From a virus: a stretch of DNA of 64,000 bases. The notes beneath the pieces are model-generated. The model had not been told where the DNA came from, made no database searches, and worked only from the letters and a program-made list of their open reading frames with translations. Every line of letters starts with the position of its first letter. Within the stretch, counting starts at the first letter, position 1. The DNA is taken from the IMG/VR virus record IMGVR_UViG_3300023488_000162. One strand, written 5' to 3'. Of the stretch, positions 63,666 through 64,000 are shown piece by piece. The translations under genes were made by a program, and so were the position numbers.

Positions 63666-63804
63666 TGTAAGATTGAGCTATTCTTTTATCCTTCCATCTA
63701 TACGGAGTAATAATAACCTTGCCGCTCATCCATGTTTGTTCAACATGATACCAGCCATCAATATAAACAATTTTCATTCTTTTGTATTTCATATTCCACC
63801 TATC

Positions 63805-63987
63805 TCATTTATTAGACTTGCACTGATACTTGCGTTCAATCATCTCTGCATCGGCGCAAGTCATACCGTACTGCCAACGCACATCAATAACGGATTCAAC
63901 CCAATTTCCAGTCTTGCGGTTCTTTATGACACGAACCTCTTCAACATCTTTGTGAATCTGTGTGCCGGGCTTCGGGAGATAAGTCAA
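63805..63987 (-). CDS. Hypothetical small protein
   Basis: 60-aa ORF near the window edge. Confidence 0.2.
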   Translation of the reverse strand: MTYLPKPGTQIHKDVEEVRVIKNRKTGNWVESVIDVRWQYGMTCADAEMIERKYQCKSNK

Positions 63988-64000
63988 AACACTTTCTTCA

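Noticed and set aside
1-64000. CRISPR arrays and rRNA genes
   Set aside because: No regularly spaced direct repeats of 25-40 nt with unique spacers were seen, and no rRNA-like conserved stretches. None are present.

Overview
This window reads as a large, low-GC phage or prophage segment, probably from a Firmicutes (Clostridia-like) host. Essentially every credible gene is on the minus strand. The plus-strand ORFs in the track overlap well-supported minus-strand genes and translate to low-complexity protein.

Recognisable modules, from low to high coordinates:
- An anaerobic dNTP/thymidylate block: FolD, a flavin-dependent ThyX, dUTPase, class III RNR NrdD with its NrdG activase, a small P-loop kinase and a MazG-like protein.
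- A membrane module in which an SPFH/band-7 protein, an unknown two-TM protein and a LemA protein flank nrdD.
- A replication and recombination block: ATP-dependent DNA ligase, RecD-like SF1 helicase, PolIII-alpha-type polymerase, RecJ-like DHH nuclease, DnaG-like primase, DnaB-like helicase, a Sak4-like ATPase and a putative SSB.
- A C5-cytosine methyltransferase homolog with circularly permuted motif order and Ser in place of the catalytic Cys.
- An eight-member tRNA array (Met, Gly, Leu x3, Gln, Pro, plus one degenerate tRNA-like gene) abutting a three-domain polynucleotide kinase / phosphoesterase / ligase (Pnkp-like RNA repair enzyme).
- An apparently orphan PemK/Kid-family endoribonuclease toxin.
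- A SleB-like cell-wall hydrolase, a CX5R protein phosphatase, a tyrosine integrase, a BRO-N antirepressor-like gene and a DnaD-like protein.
- A long run of small genes in tandemly duplicated families.

A conserved 21-bp motif occurs seven times, mostly 13-27 nt upstream of start codons and right after terminator hairpins, so it is likely a phage promoter or operator. Two of the copies are inverted. No CRISPR array and no rRNA were seen. All functional calls come from by-eye motif recognition and are untested.
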